DNA of 60,871 bases from Euryarchaeota archaeon UBA438. GTDB lineage: Archaea; Thermoplasmatota; Poseidoniia; Poseidoniales; Thalassarchaeaceae. The DNA lies in assembly GCA_002504435.1 (NCBI GenBank), contig DAQP01000036.1, forward strand, positions 2,047 through 62,917, in the 5' to 3' direction. Under the pieces are notes generated by a model that had not been told where the DNA came from, did no database searches, and worked only from the letters and a program-made list of their open reading frames with translations. Below, piece after piece: positions 28,788-39,563 of this stretch. The position numbers and the translations under genes are program-made. How positions within the stretch are numbered: the first letter of the stretch is position 1; every line of letters begins with the position of its first letter.

Positions 28788-29588
28788 TCATACTGATATT
28801 GGGGCAGGGATATGAGGGTGGTGCTCATACCCCTCTATGCTTATGTGCCCGTATTCAAAATCGTCAATCTTCGTCACACTCTCATCAAGGACCAATCTTG
28901 GTAACTCCTTCGGCACCCTGGAAATTTGTTCTCTAGCCTGGTCTATGTGATTCAGGTACAGGTGACAGTCACCCCCGGTCCAGACAAATTCTCCCGGTTC
29001 TAATCCGCATATTTTTGCCATCATGCAGGTGAGGAGGCTATAGGAGGAGATATTGAATGGAACGCCGAGGAACGCATCCGCACTTCTTTGGTAAAGCTGG
29101 CAGGATAGTTTGCCATCATTGACATAGAACTGGAAGAAAGCATGGCATGGCATCAGAGCCATCTCCCCTAACTCGCCAACGTTCCAAGCAGAGACGATAA
29201 TCCTCCTACTGTCGGGATTGCTCTTGATCATCTCTATTGCACCCTCAATCTGATCAATAATCCTGCCATCCGTTGCTTCCCACCTCCTCCATTGCTTACC
29301 GTACACGGGTCCGAGATTACCATCTTGATCAGCCCACTCGTTCCAGATTCTCACTTTGTTTTCCTGTAGGTAACTGACGTTTGTTTCGCCGGATAGGAAC
29401 CAAAGTAACTCGTGTATGATACTGGGCCAGTGAACCTTCTTCGTCGTAATTGCAGGAAAGCCATTGGAAAGGTCGAATCTCATTTGATGTCCGAAAATCG
29501 ACTTGGTCCCAGTCCCAGTCCGGTCATTTTTGTCGACTCCCTCTTCCAATATCCTAGTCAGGAAGTCAAGGTATTGCTTCATCTCCAT
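28788..29588 (-). CDS. thyA: Thymidylate synthase, bacterial ThyA type
   Basis: [38 protein letters not shown]. Confidence 0.97.
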   Translation of the reverse strand: MEMKQYLDFLTRILEEGVDKNDRTGTGTKSIFGHQMRFDLSNGFPAITTKKVHWPSIIHELLWFLSGETNVSYLQENKVRIWNEWADQDGNLGPVYGKQWRRWEATDGRIIDQIEGAIEMIKSNPDSRRIIVSAWNVGELGEMALMPCHAFFQFYVNDGKLSCQLYQRSADAFLGVPFNISSYSLLTCMMAKICGLEPGEFVWTGGDCHLYLNHIDQAREQISRVPKELPRLVLDESVTKIDDFEYGHISIEGYEHHPHIPAPISV

Positions 29589-29629
29589 CGTTCGTTGGTA
29601 GGGAAGTACATCAAGGATGCGGAGGGTTA

Positions 29630-30406
29630 CTAGGGCGCCCCCATGAGCTCCAATGTCCCCATTAATTGGTCTGTGTACTTTCTGAACAATGCCTTTTTGA
29701 TAGAACGTTGGCCATGCTCATCGACTCTCAGGAGGCTTGCAACCTCGTCATCGCTAAATGAGCCACCCCCATCCAAGGATAGCCATTGTGAGAATTTTAT
29801 CGGGTTTCCAATATGAACATCAACTCTTTTCCAGAATCTTATCCCATTGCTTCCAGGGGGCATCACCTCCCTTGTTCCGATAACACAAATCGGGAATACA
29901 GGGACGTCTGGGAATCGTGCTGAGAGTCTGGCAACACCAGTCTTCCCGGGTTGGAGGAAAGGGGGATTTTCTCTTCTTGATCTGGTTCCCTCAGGAAACA
30001 CCCCTACTGGATAACCAGCAGAAAGAACGTCCGATGCACGCGCTAGGGCATCCCTCCCTCCCGATTCTCTGTAGGTCTCAATCATCCCATTGCTTTTCAT
30101 TATGAATCTGTTTGGCTGTTTCTGAAAATGCTCCTCTTTTGCTAGGTAGAATACCTGCCTTCTGGCCGCCAGAATCTTCATGATAGGATCCAAGTTGGAA
30201 ATGTGATTGCCAGCTAGAATCATAGGTCCCGAGGAGGGAAGGCGATCAACTCCGTATATGTGCACATTGAATAAAGCCCTAACAATTGGGGATAGGAATC
30301 CTACTAGGAATCTGTATAGAAGAGGAACTCTGAATGGTTCTCCGGTACCTTCGAGGTCGACGCTCTTTGAAAACGACCTCACTGACTCTTCGGAGAGTTC
30401 TGGCAT
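29630..30406 (-). CDS. plsC: 1-acyl-sn-glycerol-3-phosphate acyltransferase family protein
   Basis: NHISNLD (HX4D) and FPEGTRS motifs. Confidence 0.88.
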   Translation of the reverse strand: MPELSEESVRSFSKSVDLEGTGEPFRVPLLYRFLVGFLSPIVRALFNVHIYGVDRLPSSGPMILAGNHISNLDPIMKILAARRQVFYLAKEEHFQKQPNRFIMKSNGMIETYRESGGRDALARASDVLSAGYPVGVFPEGTRSRRENPPFLQPGKTGVARLSARFPDVPVFPICVIGTREVMPPGSNGIRFWKRVDVHIGNPIKFSQWLSLDGGGSFSDDEVASLLRVDEHGQRSIKKALFRKYTDQLMGTLELMGAP

Positions 30407-30485
30407 GCACCGACGTCGACCACGAGTGTTTGACTGTTTGTGACCGCATGAAAGCGTTCATTGCTTTCTTTGTAGTCCAAGGTAT

Positions 30486-31619
30486 ATGCGGAGGCATAGC
30501 ACAGCGGCTGTTGTGATTTCCCTCATGCTTCTATTCCCGGTCTCCGCACCAGGTGCAGTGGGCGAATGGACTGACGACGGTTGGCTGAAGAATCTGATTG
30601 GTCCTGAGAGGTTGGAAAATGGTGATGAGTTCGGCTGTCACGGTTTTGAGGGTGTTTCCACAGTAGAGGACAATTGGGTAATCGAGGCCTGTAAGGATTA
30701 CCTGACAGGCCTGTCCGACTCCTCAAGATGGGGGACTGATCCAGTTTCATTCGGCATTCCCGGGGACACCGTCGATCAAGACACAGCCGAGTCATTGGTT
30801 GAGTCGGGTTTTAGAATCGTGGGAGACATGATCTCGGAAGCTCCCGACGAGCTGTCTGTCATCAATCGAAATGGCGGCAGTCTTGAGAAGAACTCAGCGA
30901 ACATCGATCTTCTCGAATCAGCCGAAAAGGACTCTCTTGTGAGTATTTGGTGGAGGGCTAGAATGGACGATCTGAAGCTAAGGGAGGACAAGGATACAAT
31001 GACGTGGCTCGAGGAGCAAGATGTTTGGCTGACGACGTGGGGGGAATGGCATTTCTATCAGAAATCAAGCTCTGACATAGAGGTAAATATGGAGGGAGAG
31101 GCCATTGTCGCCACTCTTTCCGATACTGGCTCACAATGGTCTGTTCCCGGTTCTGTACACATCCAATTCGATGGTTCTGTGTCAGAAATTTCGTATGATT
31201 CTGGTACTGTTTTTCCCGAGATTGGAGTTAGCGAAAGGAAGCTTAAGGATGGGTGGAGAGAGACTGAAACAGGACTTATTGTAGCGATAATGCCAGGTTC
31301 GACAGTCAACATAGTTTTGGAGTCCGGAACAGACTCAATCTCATCATCGCCCCTTGTCACGTTCAATGACTTGCATCATGCCGTGACCATAGTAGGACAT
31401 CACACGACGAACCTTTTCCAGTGGTCCTCGGACTTTCAGGAGTCCGAACTCACATTCACGTGGCTGATAGAGAGGCCCTCCGAGGAACCAATAAATTGGG
31501 CCCTGCCTGTCATTGCACTAGGGGTAATAGCCGCAGTGCCCATAGCAATTAGGAAGATTGTGGAGATGGATAATGAGCCAGATAATGTAGAAACTACAAA
31601 CCAACTTCCGGACCAGTAA
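30486..31619 (+). CDS. Secreted protein with C-terminal membrane anchor
   Basis: Signal peptide and C-terminal TM helix; DVWLTTWGE loosely recalls the end of NodB-type deacetylase domains. Confidence 0.6.
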   Translation: MRRHSTAAVVISLMLLFPVSAPGAVGEWTDDGWLKNLIGPERLENGDEFGCHGFEGVSTVEDNWVIEACKDYLTGLSDSSRWGTDPVSFGIPGDTVDQDTAESLVESGFRIVGDMISEAPDELSVINRNGGSLEKNSANIDLLESAEKDSLVSIWWRARMDDLKLREDKDTMTWLEEQDVWLTTWGEWHFYQKSSSDIEVNMEGEAIVATLSDTGSQWSVPGSVHIQFDGSVSEISYDSGTVFPEIGVSERKLKDGWRETETGLIVAIMPGSTVNIVLESGTDSISSSPLVTFNDLHHAVTIVGHHTTNLFQWSSDFQESELTFTWLIERPSEEPINWALPVIALGVIAAVPIAIRKIVEMDNEPDNVETTNQLPDQ

Positions 31620-32652
31620 TTTCTACTCTGTTTTCCCTCATCATATCGATTATCCCCCTCACCACCGATGGAGAAAGGCTCTCCGGAGCATGAACTCCCG
31701 GGGGCAGCATCCCCGGGTCCTTGAGCCAAGCCTCCACGCATCCGACTGTGACGAGACCGGTTGTTCGTGCCATAGATGAGCCGTCATCACCACCGTAATC
31801 GCTGACTTCCCATCTCATATGGTTCCCGTCATGATCGGCCGCTACAACTTCTAGCCAAGTGAACTCCGGGGTTTTCGGATTGAACCACCAATCTCGAAGC
31901 AACTCTTCCTCGTCAAGGGTGCCTGCATCTCGCTCATCGATGAATTTCTGTATGTGGCCCGGCCACCTTATTGTGTATTCTGACATATCTGCTGCCGGTA
32001 TGGAACCAAGTACTGAGCGTAGGCCATCCGTGAGGAAGGCCTCCATCTCCCCTCTTTCCGGGACCTCTATGGTGTGCCTCTCCGAGAGGGCGGGAAGAGA
32101 GACCTCCTCGCCGTCCCTCACAACTCTTGCGGGACGAGTGTATTCTGCGATAACATCCTTCGGAGAAAATGGCGCCATGTAGTTCCATCCCCCTGTCGGG
32201 CCAGTTGGGTTCCCCCCTACTCTAACTTCAGCCTTCTTCAATGGTCCCAAAACCCTGTATGCCTCGGCCAAAAGCATGTTGGATAGTCCCGGGGCTATGC
32301 CCACATCCCAGAGCACCCTGCCTCCCCAATCTTTGGCTTTCTGGTCATCACGGTCCGGAGTGTGCTCACTGAAGCTCAGGTCGACGGTCGGGTATCTTTC
32401 TTCGGCTAGATTCGTGGTCAGTGCGTGACCAATATCTCCTGGAAGCATATTCACCACAATGTCGACATGTTCGAAATCCGAAAGGTCAGTTTCCAATGCA
32501 TCTCCCTCATGGATGGAAATATTCTCATGCCCTACGATTTTCCCATTATATGGGTCAATATCGTGTACATGCACCTCATGACCCCTGTCGGCCAGGGTCC
32601 TTGCGACGTAGGAACCGACAAGCCCGGCTCCAAAGCAGTGTATGACGGCCAC
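31594..32652 (-). CDS. Saccharopine dehydrogenase/lysine 6-dehydrogenase family oxidoreductase
   Basis: GAGLVG Rossmann motif, DVGIAPGLSN, EAFLTDGL, TIRWPGH, MARTTG; GTG start at 32652. Confidence 0.88.
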   Translation of the reverse strand: MAVIHCFGAGLVGSYVARTLADRGHEVHVHDIDPYNGKIVGHENISIHEGDALETDLSDFEHVDIVVNMLPGDIGHALTTNLAEERYPTVDLSFSEHTPDRDDQKAKDWGGRVLWDVGIAPGLSNMLLAEAYRVLGPLKKAEVRVGGNPTGPTGGWNYMAPFSPKDVIAEYTRPARVVRDGEEVSLPALSERHTIEVPERGEMEAFLTDGLRSVLGSIPAADMSEYTIRWPGHIQKFIDERDAGTLDEEELLRDWWFNPKTPEFTWLEVVAADHDGNHMRWEVSDYGGDDGSSMARTTGLVTVGCVEAWLKDPGMLPPGVHAPESLSPSVVRGIIDMMRENRVEITGPEVGL

Positions 32653-32750
32653 GAGTAACCCTGCCCACTCGACTCTATTGCCCCTTCGGTCGGCATTTTG
32701 AGTGCAAATTTCAGCGATGACTTGATTGAGTGGTCCACAGGCCACGTTGC

Positions 32751-34136
32751 ATGGCAGGTGATGGCCTCATCGACCCATGGTCCTCAGATGATGCGACGGA
32801 CTACTCACGCATCGTGGATAAATTTGGACTTGACACAGTAGACCCCTCGTCTCTTCCGAACCCCGGTATGCTACATAGAAGGGGGATTGTTTTTGCTCAC
32901 AGGGACCTCGATGTTGCTCTTCGTTGCATCAGGGACCAATCTCCTTTGGGTGTCCTCACGGGGCTCATGCCAAGTGGTAGGATGCATCTAGGGCATAGTA
33001 TGGTTATTGAGCAGGTTAGGTGGTTTCAGGAGAATGGGGCCGACATCACAGTAGCCGTTGCAGACCTTGAGGCACTAGCCACCAGAGGGACCTCTCTCGA
33101 CTCAGGCAGGGAGACAGCAATCAGTGAGTATGTGCACAATTATGCCGCCCTAGGATTGGATCCAGACTCAACCAGTGTGTACTTCCAGAGCACAAGGCCC
33201 GATGTCCAGAGGCTTGGATTCACACTTGGTAGAAGGACTAATCTATCTGAATTCGAGTCTATTTATGGGTTCTCAGGTGATACAAACCTCGCTCACGTGC
33301 AAGCACCCCTTGTACAGGTCGGTGACATCGTGCATCCCCAACTAGAGGAATACGGAGGTCTGAGGCCCGTAGTCGTCCCCGTCGGAATTGACCAGGACCC
33401 CCATCTAAGGCTCACCCGTGACATAGTCGGTAAAACCCACTGGTTCAACATCAATGTAAGGAAGTCGGGGGGACTTACCATCGCTCTTTCTGTTCGAGAA
33501 GAAAACTCTTCGGAATTCGGGGTAGGTTCCGGTGGAAGGGTTGATCGGGAGGCCAGAGATGCAATTTTCACTCGCATCATTGATGCAATTTCCCCTCTTG
33601 GCTTTGCTGATATCAATACTAATCCCAAACATGGCACTCTAGAGATTCCAGCAGCCACATTGGAAGATAGATACCCAATCAGGATGCATCTTCTCGCTCT
33701 GGAGAGGTCCCTTGGGGGAATGGGCCTAATGCCCCCCTGCTCAACATACCACAGGTTCGCTTCTGGAATGACAGGGGGGAAAATGTCGTCATCCAAGCCC
33801 GAAACTACCATTTTCATGGATGACACGGCAGATGAAGTGGCCAGGAAGGTAAAGAGGGCAGTAAGTGGCGGCCAGTCGACCGTCGAGGAGCATAGGAGAC
33901 TTGGTGGTGACTGCTCCAAGGACATACCCTTCCAGTACCTACAGTTCTTCTTTGAGAATGACGATTCAGCACTAATGGAGGTTAGAAGGGAGTATGAGAG
34001 TGGAAGGATGCTTGCCGGGGAGATGAAGCAGCTATGCATAGACAAGGCCAGTGAGTGGCTTTCCGATATCTCAGAGAAGAGAGAGGCATGGTCAGATAGG
34101 CTGCACGAATTCATGGCTCCCGATGCTAGATCATAA
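32751..34136 (+). CDS. trpS: Tryptophanyl-tRNA synthetase (archaeal type)
   Basis: TGLMPSGRMHLGH, VPVGIDQDPH, KMSSS, HRRLGG. Confidence 0.95.
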   Translation: MAGDGLIDPWSSDDATDYSRIVDKFGLDTVDPSSLPNPGMLHRRGIVFAHRDLDVALRCIRDQSPLGVLTGLMPSGRMHLGHSMVIEQVRWFQENGADITVAVADLEALATRGTSLDSGRETAISEYVHNYAALGLDPDSTSVYFQSTRPDVQRLGFTLGRRTNLSEFESIYGFSGDTNLAHVQAPLVQVGDIVHPQLEEYGGLRPVVVPVGIDQDPHLRLTRDIVGKTHWFNINVRKSGGLTIALSVREENSSEFGVGSGGRVDREARDAIFTRIIDAISPLGFADINTNPKHGTLEIPAATLEDRYPIRMHLLALERSLGGMGLMPPCSTYHRFASGMTGGKMSSSKPETTIFMDDTADEVARKVKRAVSGGQSTVEEHRRLGGDCSKDIPFQYLQFFFENDDSALMEVRREYESGRMLAGEMKQLCIDKASEWLSDISEKREAWSDRLHEFMAPDARS

Positions 34137-34730
34137 CACATCTTTGGCATCGAAAACAGGGTATACCGGCCCCGGGTCTAGGCCTTCTGCTTCATCCTCT
34201 TCAATTTCCCTCGAAATAGCATCATCATGTAGGATTTGACTATGGCCGACCGGGTCTAGGAGCTCAAGGGTTACCGACATCACGCCCCTTTTCACGGAGT
34301 CGATACTAGTCACCATCTCTTCGCACCGAGTCAATATATCAGCCCCTTCGTTGTCTCTTTCTGCCTGCCTGCGTATCGTTCCTACCGCATCCTCAAATCT
34401 GTTCAATACACCTTCAATGTTAGAGACGTATCCAGTGGAACTCCCCCCCGGTGATACCTCGAGTCCAAGCTCCCCGATTCTTATTGTGCACGACGATGAA
34501 CGAACGACCCTGGTACTCATATGCTCCTCGGAGTCGATCACGAGACTCCACGCCCCAGGCTTTTTTCCATCCGCGGGTATGAAGTCTGTAACCTTCCAGC
34601 CGCAACCTTCGCAGATCATCGTAATTTGGGTATGTTCCCCAAAGTAAGGAATCTCAGAGCTGTGTGCAATCATTCTTAGGGTTCCCTCGGTGAAGCAAAT
34701 AGGGCAGTCCTGCTCAACCCTACTCTCCAC
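34131..34730 (-). CDS. ZPR1 zinc finger protein
   Basis: CPIC...IPYFG...CEGC, RVVRS, GYVSNIEG, DPVGHS. Confidence 0.92.
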   Translation of the reverse strand: MESRVEQDCPICFTEGTLRMIAHSSEIPYFGEHTQITMICEGCGWKVTDFIPADGKKPGAWSLVIDSEEHMSTRVVRSSSCTIRIGELGLEVSPGGSSTGYVSNIEGVLNRFEDAVGTIRRQAERDNEGADILTRCEEMVTSIDSVKRGVMSVTLELLDPVGHSQILHDDAISREIEEDEAEGLDPGPVYPVFDAKDVL

Positions 34731-34739
34731 AAGAACACC

Positions 34740-35129
34740 TCAGGATGCAATGCCGCTGGCGAAAGTCGGCGGAAGTAGAAGTAGCCTCCTTTCACCTAGC
34801 CTGACTACTTCTCCGGACATGTCCCCTTCGACAAACCTCTGAATCTTATCAACGGCCACTCTAAGTTCCAACTCTCTATTGAGGATATTACTCATTTTAA
34901 CAATAACAATATCCCCCTCTGAAACCCAGTCCATCAATGACCCAATGCCTGTAAGGTCATCTAGATCCGCCCTGTGTACTATAGCATCACCAGGGGCTCT
35001 TGGAACAGGGGCGTCCGGGTAGCTCTTTCCAAGATCATGATAGTCCTGCCCAGGTTCTATTACCCCTCCCGGACTATCGAACTCAGGCACTTCTATCCAC
35101 TTGGGCTCTGACCCTTTCTGCCTCGCCAT
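34740..35129 (-). CDS. sepF: Cell division protein SepF (archaeal)
   Basis: GDIVIV...VDKI...GEVVRLGERRLLLLP; next to ZPR1 as in other archaea. Confidence 0.8.
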   Translation of the reverse strand: MARQKGSEPKWIEVPEFDSPGGVIEPGQDYHDLGKSYPDAPVPRAPGDAIVHRADLDDLTGIGSLMDWVSEGDIVIVKMSNILNRELELRVAVDKIQRFVEGDMSGEVVRLGERRLLLLPPTFASGIAS

Positions 35130-35282
35130 GCCCCTCGTCGGAGCAGGCAACCCTTGAGTTATACGGTCCTCACAACCATTAGAGCACACTTACTGGGACT
35201 ATTGCATTCCCCCAACCCCTCTCCCCGTCGGATTCATAAGGGGTCGTCATGAGAGGATGCTGTCGGGGAGTTCTCTCGGCGG

Positions 35283-35918
35283 GTGAAAAAAATGGACGCG
35301 ACTACAGATGCGGTAAAGACTGGGACAAGCACTCTAGGCATCACCTTTGATGGTGGCGTGGTGGTCGGAGCCGATCACAGGGCCACAATGGGCCACTTCA
35401 TTGCAAACAAGAGCGTCCAGAAGCTATTCGGAATCTCCGACTATGTCGCCTTGACAACAGCAGGTCTTGTGGGACATGCACAATCGCTCTCTAGGACACT
35501 CTCTGCCGAGCTCAGACTCTATGAGCTAAAGCACGGCAAACCAATGACAGTCAAGGGTGCTGCCACCCTTACGGCCAACATTCTGACTGGAAGGCCCCAT
35601 TACGTTCAACTGCTAATTGTAGGGGTGGATGACTCAGGATCTAGCGTTTACAGCATAGACTCTGCTGGGGGATCAATTCCTGATGTCTACTGTGCAACTG
35701 GTTCTGGAAGTCCGTACATGTACGGGGTCCTCGAGGACCAATTTAGAGAGGCAATGTCTGAGACAGACGCACTGAAGGTTGCTGCCAAGGCCCTTCTTGC
35801 ATCGGCCCAGAGGGATGCAGCCAGTGGTAATGGAATGGATCTCGCAGTAATCACACCGGAGGCGGGTTTCCGCCTACTATCAGAGGATGAGGTATCCAAC
35901 CTCCTCCAAACACTATGA
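35283..35918 (+). CDS. psmB: Proteasome subunit beta
   Basis: KTG|TSTLG propeptide cleavage site, GADHRAT, ATGSGSP, RDAASG. Confidence 0.95.
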   Translation: MKKMDATTDAVKTGTSTLGITFDGGVVVGADHRATMGHFIANKSVQKLFGISDYVALTTAGLVGHAQSLSRTLSAELRLYELKHGKPMTVKGAATLTANILTGRPHYVQLLIVGVDDSGSSVYSIDSAGGSIPDVYCATGSGSPYMYGVLEDQFREAMSETDALKVAAKALLASAQRDAASGNGMDLAVITPEAGFRLLSEDEVSNLLQTL

Positions 35919-35990
35919 CACTCCCGCAAAGTGCCACCTGCCTAAATGGCAGAGTCATTCTCTGCGCGAGCAGAACAAGGAATTGAAACT

Positions 35991-37910
35991 ATGAGACTAA
36001 CATTCTCCGAGATAAAAAGTAAGATTGGGAAGATAATTCCCAATGGCATTGACTATGATGTCGACCTAGAGGCTGGCTCCATCGCAATCATTACTACACA
36101 GCCCGAGTCATTCGGAGGAGCTGGGGGGGAGAATCTCACAGTGAAGATTGCCAAGGGAATAAAGAGAAGGGTGGTCATTAGGCCTCATCCCAGTATGCTT
36201 TCCGACGAGGAGGGAGTGAATGATGCTGTCAACAGGATAATTCCACCCGAGGCGCAAGTCAGGAGAATATGGCTCGACCCAGCACTTTCTGAGGTAACTC
36301 TCGAAGTAGATGATCCCCAATCTGCAGTAGGCCCCAGGGGGTCAATCGTACAGGCTCTAAGGGACGAAATAGGTTGGCTCGTAAATGTGGTCAGAGCTCC
36401 TGCCAGGGAAAGTAGAACGCAGACAGACATCAGGCGATTTAGAAAGGAATTGGCTGAGGATAGAAAATCTCTACTTAGGAAATTCGGAACTAGAATTTAC
36501 AGGCCTCAGAGGCCGGGAGAGAAGTGGGTCAGAGTCACTGCCCTTGGGTCCTACAGGGAAGTCGGCAGGGCTATGCACTTGGTGACCACAAACGAATCTA
36601 AGGTTCTGGTCGATTGCGGTGCAAAGCCAACAAACAATAGGAGTGAGGTTCAACCATTCTTTGCAGCTCCGGAGATGCTCCCGCTGGATAATATCGATGC
36701 AGTGGTGATAACACACGCTCACGTAGACCACATAGGAATGCTCCCAGTACTCTTCAAGTATGGGTATAAGGGACCAGTATACTGCACCCCTCCCACGAGG
36801 GACCTGATGACCCTTCTACAAATGGACTACATCAAGGTGGCCAAAGCTGAGGGGAATGAGCCACCCTATTCGAAGGGCGATATACAGGAGTGCATTAAGC
36901 ACGTTGTCGACATTAACTGGGGGGACAAAACTGACATCGCCCCCGATGTTAAGATGACTATGGAAAATGCCGGGCACATTCTCGGTTCGTCAAGTGTGTA
37001 TATGCAGATAGGAGAGGGCAGGGAGGAGCACAGACTACTCTTTTCAGGCGACATAAAGTACGAAAAATCATGGTTGTTCGATGCAGCAACTGTTCGATTC
37101 AACAAGGTAGATACATTGGTGATAGAGTCTACCTACGGAGGCCCCCAGAGCATTCAACCAACTAGGCAGCAGGCAACACAGGATCTACAGGACCTGATTG
37201 TAGACACCCTCGGGAGAAAGGGCAAGATCTTCTGCCCCGTCTTCGCAGTAGGACGCTCGCAGGAGGTGATGATGGCCATTGATGAGCTATTCAAATCCGG
37301 AAAGATTTCACCAGTTACAGTATGGCTGGATGGAATGATCTCCGAAGCTACCGCGATTCACTCTAGCCACCCCAATTATCTGAATAGGGATCTCAGAAGT
37401 AAGATGCTTAGAGGAGGCACTGAGAACCCATTCAACTCCACTTGGTTCAAGCAGGTCGAGTCGCGGGAGCAGAGGGAGTCAATACTTCTGGACCCCAATC
37501 CATGCATAGTCCTAGCTACCAGTGGCATGATGACTGGCGGGCCAATCATAGAGTACTTCAAACACTGGGCACCGGAGCCAGGAAACACGCTGTGTTTTGT
37601 TGGCTACCAGGCATCCGGCACGCTTGGTAGGAGGCTTCAGGATGGCCATTCACAGGTGCCATTAGTGGACAGAGGACAGACCCTGATGGTGGATGTCAGA
37701 AGCAATATGGTCATCATAGATGGATTCAGTGGACATTCCGATAGAAACCAGCTAATGGACTATGTTTCAGCTCTTAACCCGACCCCTAGGAAGATCCTCT
37801 GCCATCATGGGGACCCTCAGACATGCAACGCATTCAGAAAGGGCCTACGCGAGAAGTTCAAGGTGCAAACTTACGCACCGGACAACCTGGAAACACTCAG
37901 ATTACTTTAG
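35991..37910 (+). CDS. KH-domain beta-CASP ribonuclease aCPSF1 (FttA)
   Basis: N-terminal KH domains, EVGR, THAHVDH, AGHILG, ESTYG, GFSGH; follows psmB. Confidence 0.93.
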   Translation: MRLTFSEIKSKIGKIIPNGIDYDVDLEAGSIAIITTQPESFGGAGGENLTVKIAKGIKRRVVIRPHPSMLSDEEGVNDAVNRIIPPEAQVRRIWLDPALSEVTLEVDDPQSAVGPRGSIVQALRDEIGWLVNVVRAPARESRTQTDIRRFRKELAEDRKSLLRKFGTRIYRPQRPGEKWVRVTALGSYREVGRAMHLVTTNESKVLVDCGAKPTNNRSEVQPFFAAPEMLPLDNIDAVVITHAHVDHIGMLPVLFKYGYKGPVYCTPPTRDLMTLLQMDYIKVAKAEGNEPPYSKGDIQECIKHVVDINWGDKTDIAPDVKMTMENAGHILGSSSVYMQIGEGREEHRLLFSGDIKYEKSWLFDAATVRFNKVDTLVIESTYGGPQSIQPTRQQATQDLQDLIVDTLGRKGKIFCPVFAVGRSQEVMMAIDELFKSGKISPVTVWLDGMISEATAIHSSHPNYLNRDLRSKMLRGGTENPFNSTWFKQVESREQRESILLDPNPCIVLATSGMMTGGPIIEYFKHWAPEPGNTLCFVGYQASGTLGRRLQDGHSQVPLVDRGQTLMVDVRSNMVIIDGFSGHSDRNQLMDYVSALNPTPRKILCHHGDPQTCNAFRKGLREKFKVQTYAPDNLETLRLL

Positions 37911-38183
37911 TCATAGTATCGGGCTGTCGAAGTCGGAGTCGTCTACACTGGCAACCCCCTCGTTCTCTACGTCATCCCCGTCCCAGTAGTCACTCGCCCC
38001 CCTGTCATTATCCGAACCCTCCTCTCTAGTTGGCGCTAGTGCCAAGCCTAGGGTTAGGGGGGTCAGTAGCAGGAAGCCCCAAGTCTCAGTGGTCACATAA
38101 CCCTCTGAAAGAAATGAACTAATGGACAAGGAGAAGAGTACCGCCGAGGACAGCCAACCGAACGCTACCCGTCCCCCTCCCAT
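37911..38183 (-). CDS. Small membrane protein with acidic tail
   Basis: Two hydrophobic segments; fills the gap between convergent/divergent genes. Confidence 0.55.
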   Translation of the reverse strand: MGGGRVAFGWLSSAVLFSLSISSFLSEGYVTTETWGFLLLTPLTLGLALAPTREEGSDNDRGASDYWDGDDVENEGVASVDDSDFDSPIL

Positions 38184-38245
38184 GAGGTCGTATCGGCATT
38201 TCATACATCAGTCAACCTCTTGAACCGTGAACTACAGCTAGTTAC

Positions 38246-38689
38246 ATGGACGGTAAATGGCTACTTCTCAGGTGCCCCTGTGGGAATTTCTTCGGTGCGG
38301 CTCTTGGCGGCAGGGTATCGTGTACACGTTGTTCGAACAGTAATGACATTGTAACCGCCTCCTCGTATCCTTCACCCGAGAAGCTTGCAGAGGCTGTTTC
38401 GAGGTCAAATTTACCCAAGGAGTTGTCAGCCGAAGTCACCGAAAAAATATCCAAGGCAGAGTCCAGACACATGAGGGCCAGAAACAGGGAGTCGAATTCT
38501 TTCGAATCCATTATTTCGTCTATGAGGGGTGCCACTGGCCAAGATGGGATAATGACTCTCGGATCAGTAAGTGAGTCATTGGTTGAGAACGGCCTAACTG
38601 ATGTAGACGCATGGGAACTCATCAATGATGCAGAGAGGGAAGGAATATTGCATCGGGCCGGAGAAGATATGTGGGGCTGGGTCCAGTAA
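38246..38689 (+). CDS. Zn-ribbon plus winged-helix-like hypothetical protein
   Basis: RCPCG...CTRC at the N terminus and a helical C terminus. Confidence 0.65.
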   Translation: MDGKWLLLRCPCGNFFGAALGGRVSCTRCSNSNDIVTASSYPSPEKLAEAVSRSNLPKELSAEVTEKISKAESRHMRARNRESNSFESIISSMRGATGQDGIMTLGSVSESLVENGLTDVDAWELINDAEREGILHRAGEDMWGWVQ

Positions 38690-38723
38690 CCTTCATCCCA
38701 TATGCGTCGTCCCCGGGAGCAAG

Positions 38724-38801
38724 GGGCCCGTGGGTTAGTCTGGTCTATGCTAGATGCTTTGGGAGCATTTGACCCTGGTTCGAATCCAGGCGGGCCCACC
38801 A
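38724..38801 (+). tRNA. tRNA-Pro(UGG) with encoded CCA
   Basis: GGGCCCG/CGGGCCC acceptor stem, GATGC-TTTGGGA-GCATT anticodon arm, CCTGG-TTCGAAT-CCAGG T arm, ACCA end. Confidence 0.95.
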
Positions 38802-39563
38802 CTAACCAATAGTCGAAATTGCTTCGATATCGAAAATTGAAACCGCAACTTCGAGAGCTTCTTTTTTGCTAAACCAACGAGCTTCTTCAATCTCATCGTC
38901 TTTGGGGACTATCTCACTCTCTTCGAATTCACCTCTACATCGATAGGTGAATGAAACCCAGTTTATCCCATCCTCATTGAACACTTCTTCCCTGATTATC
39001 GCACCGTCGTTTTCTCCGAATGCATCACCAGTCTCTCCCTTGGGGTCATCAATCGAGATCTCTATGCCTAGCTCCTCCATGGCTTCCCTGACAGCGGCTT
39101 CCCGGGGATGCTCGCCATAGTCGACGAAGCCACCAGGTAGGGTCCAGTAACCCGTGAAGAAACCACGAGAGACCTTGGTCAATAGAACCTGATTCTCGGA
39201 ATTCACAATCATCACCTTTGAGACCACTCTGTGCATGCTCCTGTACACACATTCACGAGCCAATGGGTCTACACATCCATCCGATATCAACTCGTCTTTC
39301 CACGTCCAATATTCGGGCCATTCAATCTTTGGTAGTGCGTAGACAACCTCGTGTAAAACCTCGCCAAATTTGATGCGATTGACTCTGCGCTCAGACCATT
39401 CAATTTCCATTGAACGAACTTCCTCTTCGGTAGGCAATCTTAGGGAGACTTCGCCGACTCGCCCCATGATCGCTTTGTGAGGCCCTTCGCCATTCAGATC
39501 AACAAGCAGAACTTTCCCGTCATGCTCAAGGTAGAGCGATCGAACCATTTTACACCCCATCAA
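38802..39563 (-). CDS. NUDIX hydrolase with N-terminal extension
   Basis: [27 protein letters not shown] Nudix box. Confidence 0.9.
   Translation of the reverse strand: MMGCKMVRSLYLEHDGKVLLVDLNGEGPHKAIMGRVGEVSLRLPTEEEVRSMEIEWSERRVNRIKFGEVLHEVVYALPKIEWPEYWTWKDELISDGCVDPLARECVYRSMHRVVSKVMIVNSENQVLLTKVSRGFFTGYWTLPGGFVDYGEHPREAAVREAMEELGIEISIDDPKGETGDAFGENDGAIIREEVFNEDGINWVSFTYRCRGEFEESEIVPKDDEIEEARWFSKKEALEVAVSIFDIEAISTIG

Noticed and set aside
33430-33720. Insertion within TrpRS before the KMSSS region
   Set aside because: Similar insertions occur in other euryarchaeal TrpRS as far as I recall, and there are no intein features
35283-37910. psmB-aCPSF1 adjacency as a novel RNA/protein decay link
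   Set aside because: This is a well-known conserved archaeal gene pair
38724-38801. tRNA-Pro or tRNA-Lys as integration sites for a mobile element
   Set aside because: No integrase, no duplicated tRNA 3' end noticed, and the flanks are housekeeping genes
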